64,000 nt of DNA from Lingula anatina. Its lineage: Eukaryota; Animalia; Brachiopoda. This document shows, in pieces, positions 63,976-64,000 of the stretch (position 1 is the stretch's first letter; each line of letters begins with the position of its first letter). Both the position numbers and the translations under genes were made by a program. Under the pieces are notes generated by a model that was given only the letters and a program-made list of their open reading frames with translations, did not search any database and was not told the DNA's origin. The stretch covers positions 26,542,401 to 26,606,400 of the forward strand of contig CM120641.1 of NCBI GenBank assembly GCA_051362555.1, read 5' to 3'.

Positions 63976-64000
63976 GTTTGTTGCAAGCAGCTACACCCCC

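Overview
AT-rich eukaryotic genomic DNA from an invertebrate animal (spliceosomal GT-AG introns, CpG-poor gene bodies; species not identifiable from the sequence). Six genes can be reconstructed by hand: BAHD1-like (+, 10016-16339, 6 coding exons, ~851 aa); PTPN14/PTPN21 (Pez)-like FERM tyrosine phosphatase (-, 42593-19152, 19 coding exons, ~1245 aa, one GC-AG intron); CENPF-like (+, 46456-61291, 16 coding exons including one of 7.9 kb, ~3658 aa, CaaX end); an intronless MTRFR/C12orf65-like GGQ release factor (-, 62861-62307); a C5orf63-like glutaredoxin-fold gene (-, 63638-62882); and the first exon of SCCPDH (+, from 63774). Most notable: the MTRFR ORF starts only 20 nt after the C5orf63 stop codon, on the same strand and apparently in the same exon, suggesting a bicistronic or operon-like unit of two mitochondrial proteins. 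PTPN14-like and CENPF-like lie head-to-head, as in human, which suggests ancient microsynteny. Introns hold several non-autonomous DNA transposons (Harbinger-, Kolobok-, piggyBac- and Ginger-like) and a decayed element combining SAP/SWIM and Crypton-like recombinase remnants. All identities come from recalled motifs and manual translation; no database search was run.
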